Shown: positions 42,313 through 42,533 of the stretch, piece by piece | Position numbering within the stretch: position 1 is the first letter of the stretch | How the letters are laid out: each line of letters starts with the position of its first letter | From: a virus | Lineage: Duplodnaviria > Caudoviricetes | Reading direction: 5' to 3' (one strand) | IMG/VR virus record: IMGVR_UViG_3300036945_000346 | Span: 1 to 42,533 of that record | DNA: 42,533 nt | Program-made: the position numbers and the translations under genes | Notes under the pieces: generated by a model | What the model was told of the DNA's origin: nothing | The model's database searches: none | The model's input: only the letters and a program-made list of their open reading frames with translations

Positions 42313-42533
42313 TACTGAACGCCTAAACTGTAAAGAGACTTGGCACGCTCTCTGCTATGCGTGGGCGTGCGTTCACTCCAAGGGCGAAGGGTCGCTGGAT
42401 AAAATGCAGATTCCCGAAAATAGTTCTTGAATCAGTAATACGCTGGTCTACGGTTTGGGTCTGTTCTTCGTCACTCGGTTCTCTCCCCCGCTCTGCGGGA
42501 GGTCGCACAAGATTGCTGGCAACTCGCCAGATT
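42313..42533. repeat. Direct terminal repeat / circular overlap, right copy
   Basis: Matches 1-221 with one mismatch. Confidence 0.95.

Noticed and set aside
1-42533. CRISPR array, diversity-generating retroelement, intron/intein, stop-codon recoding, integrase
   Set aside because: No regularly spaced repeats with spacers, no reverse transcriptase or TR/VR pair, core genes are uninterrupted in the standard code, there is no suppressor tRNA, and I saw no recombinase motifs

Overview
This window looks like a complete dsDNA bacteriophage genome of about 42.3 kb. Bases 1-221 recur at 42313-42533 with one mismatch. The + strand carries an early DUF932 operon, a tRNA/ncRNA cluster and a podovirus-like virion module: terminase, portal, scaffold, major capsid, tail proteins, three ejection-type proteins including a 2984-aa polyvalent protein, a holin and a spanin-like lipoprotein. 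The - strand carries a lambda-like replication and recombination module (iteron-containing initiator, DnaC-like loader, ExoVIII-like nuclease, ERF, EndoVII) and many small early genes. I saw no DNA polymerase, primase, helicase or integrase. The strongest non-routine signals are: (1) a complete type II hammerhead ribozyme in the leader of the first early operon; (2) a 64-aa histone-fold gene followed by a structured RNA; (3) a giant protein whose GNAT, ADP-ribosyltransferase-like and other modules are separated by a repeated MPAE-like motif, with a zincin peptidase motif upstream; (4) several unclassified structured RNAs, two of them with G-U-rich stems; (5) a GTAWTAC palindrome fixed next to the -35 boxes of early promoters, with an unannotated ribbon-helix-helix gene as candidate regulator; (6) apparent genome-wide avoidance of several 4-bp palindromes, broken only in one repeat-rich gene. 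All calls come from reading the sequence by eye. No searches were run.
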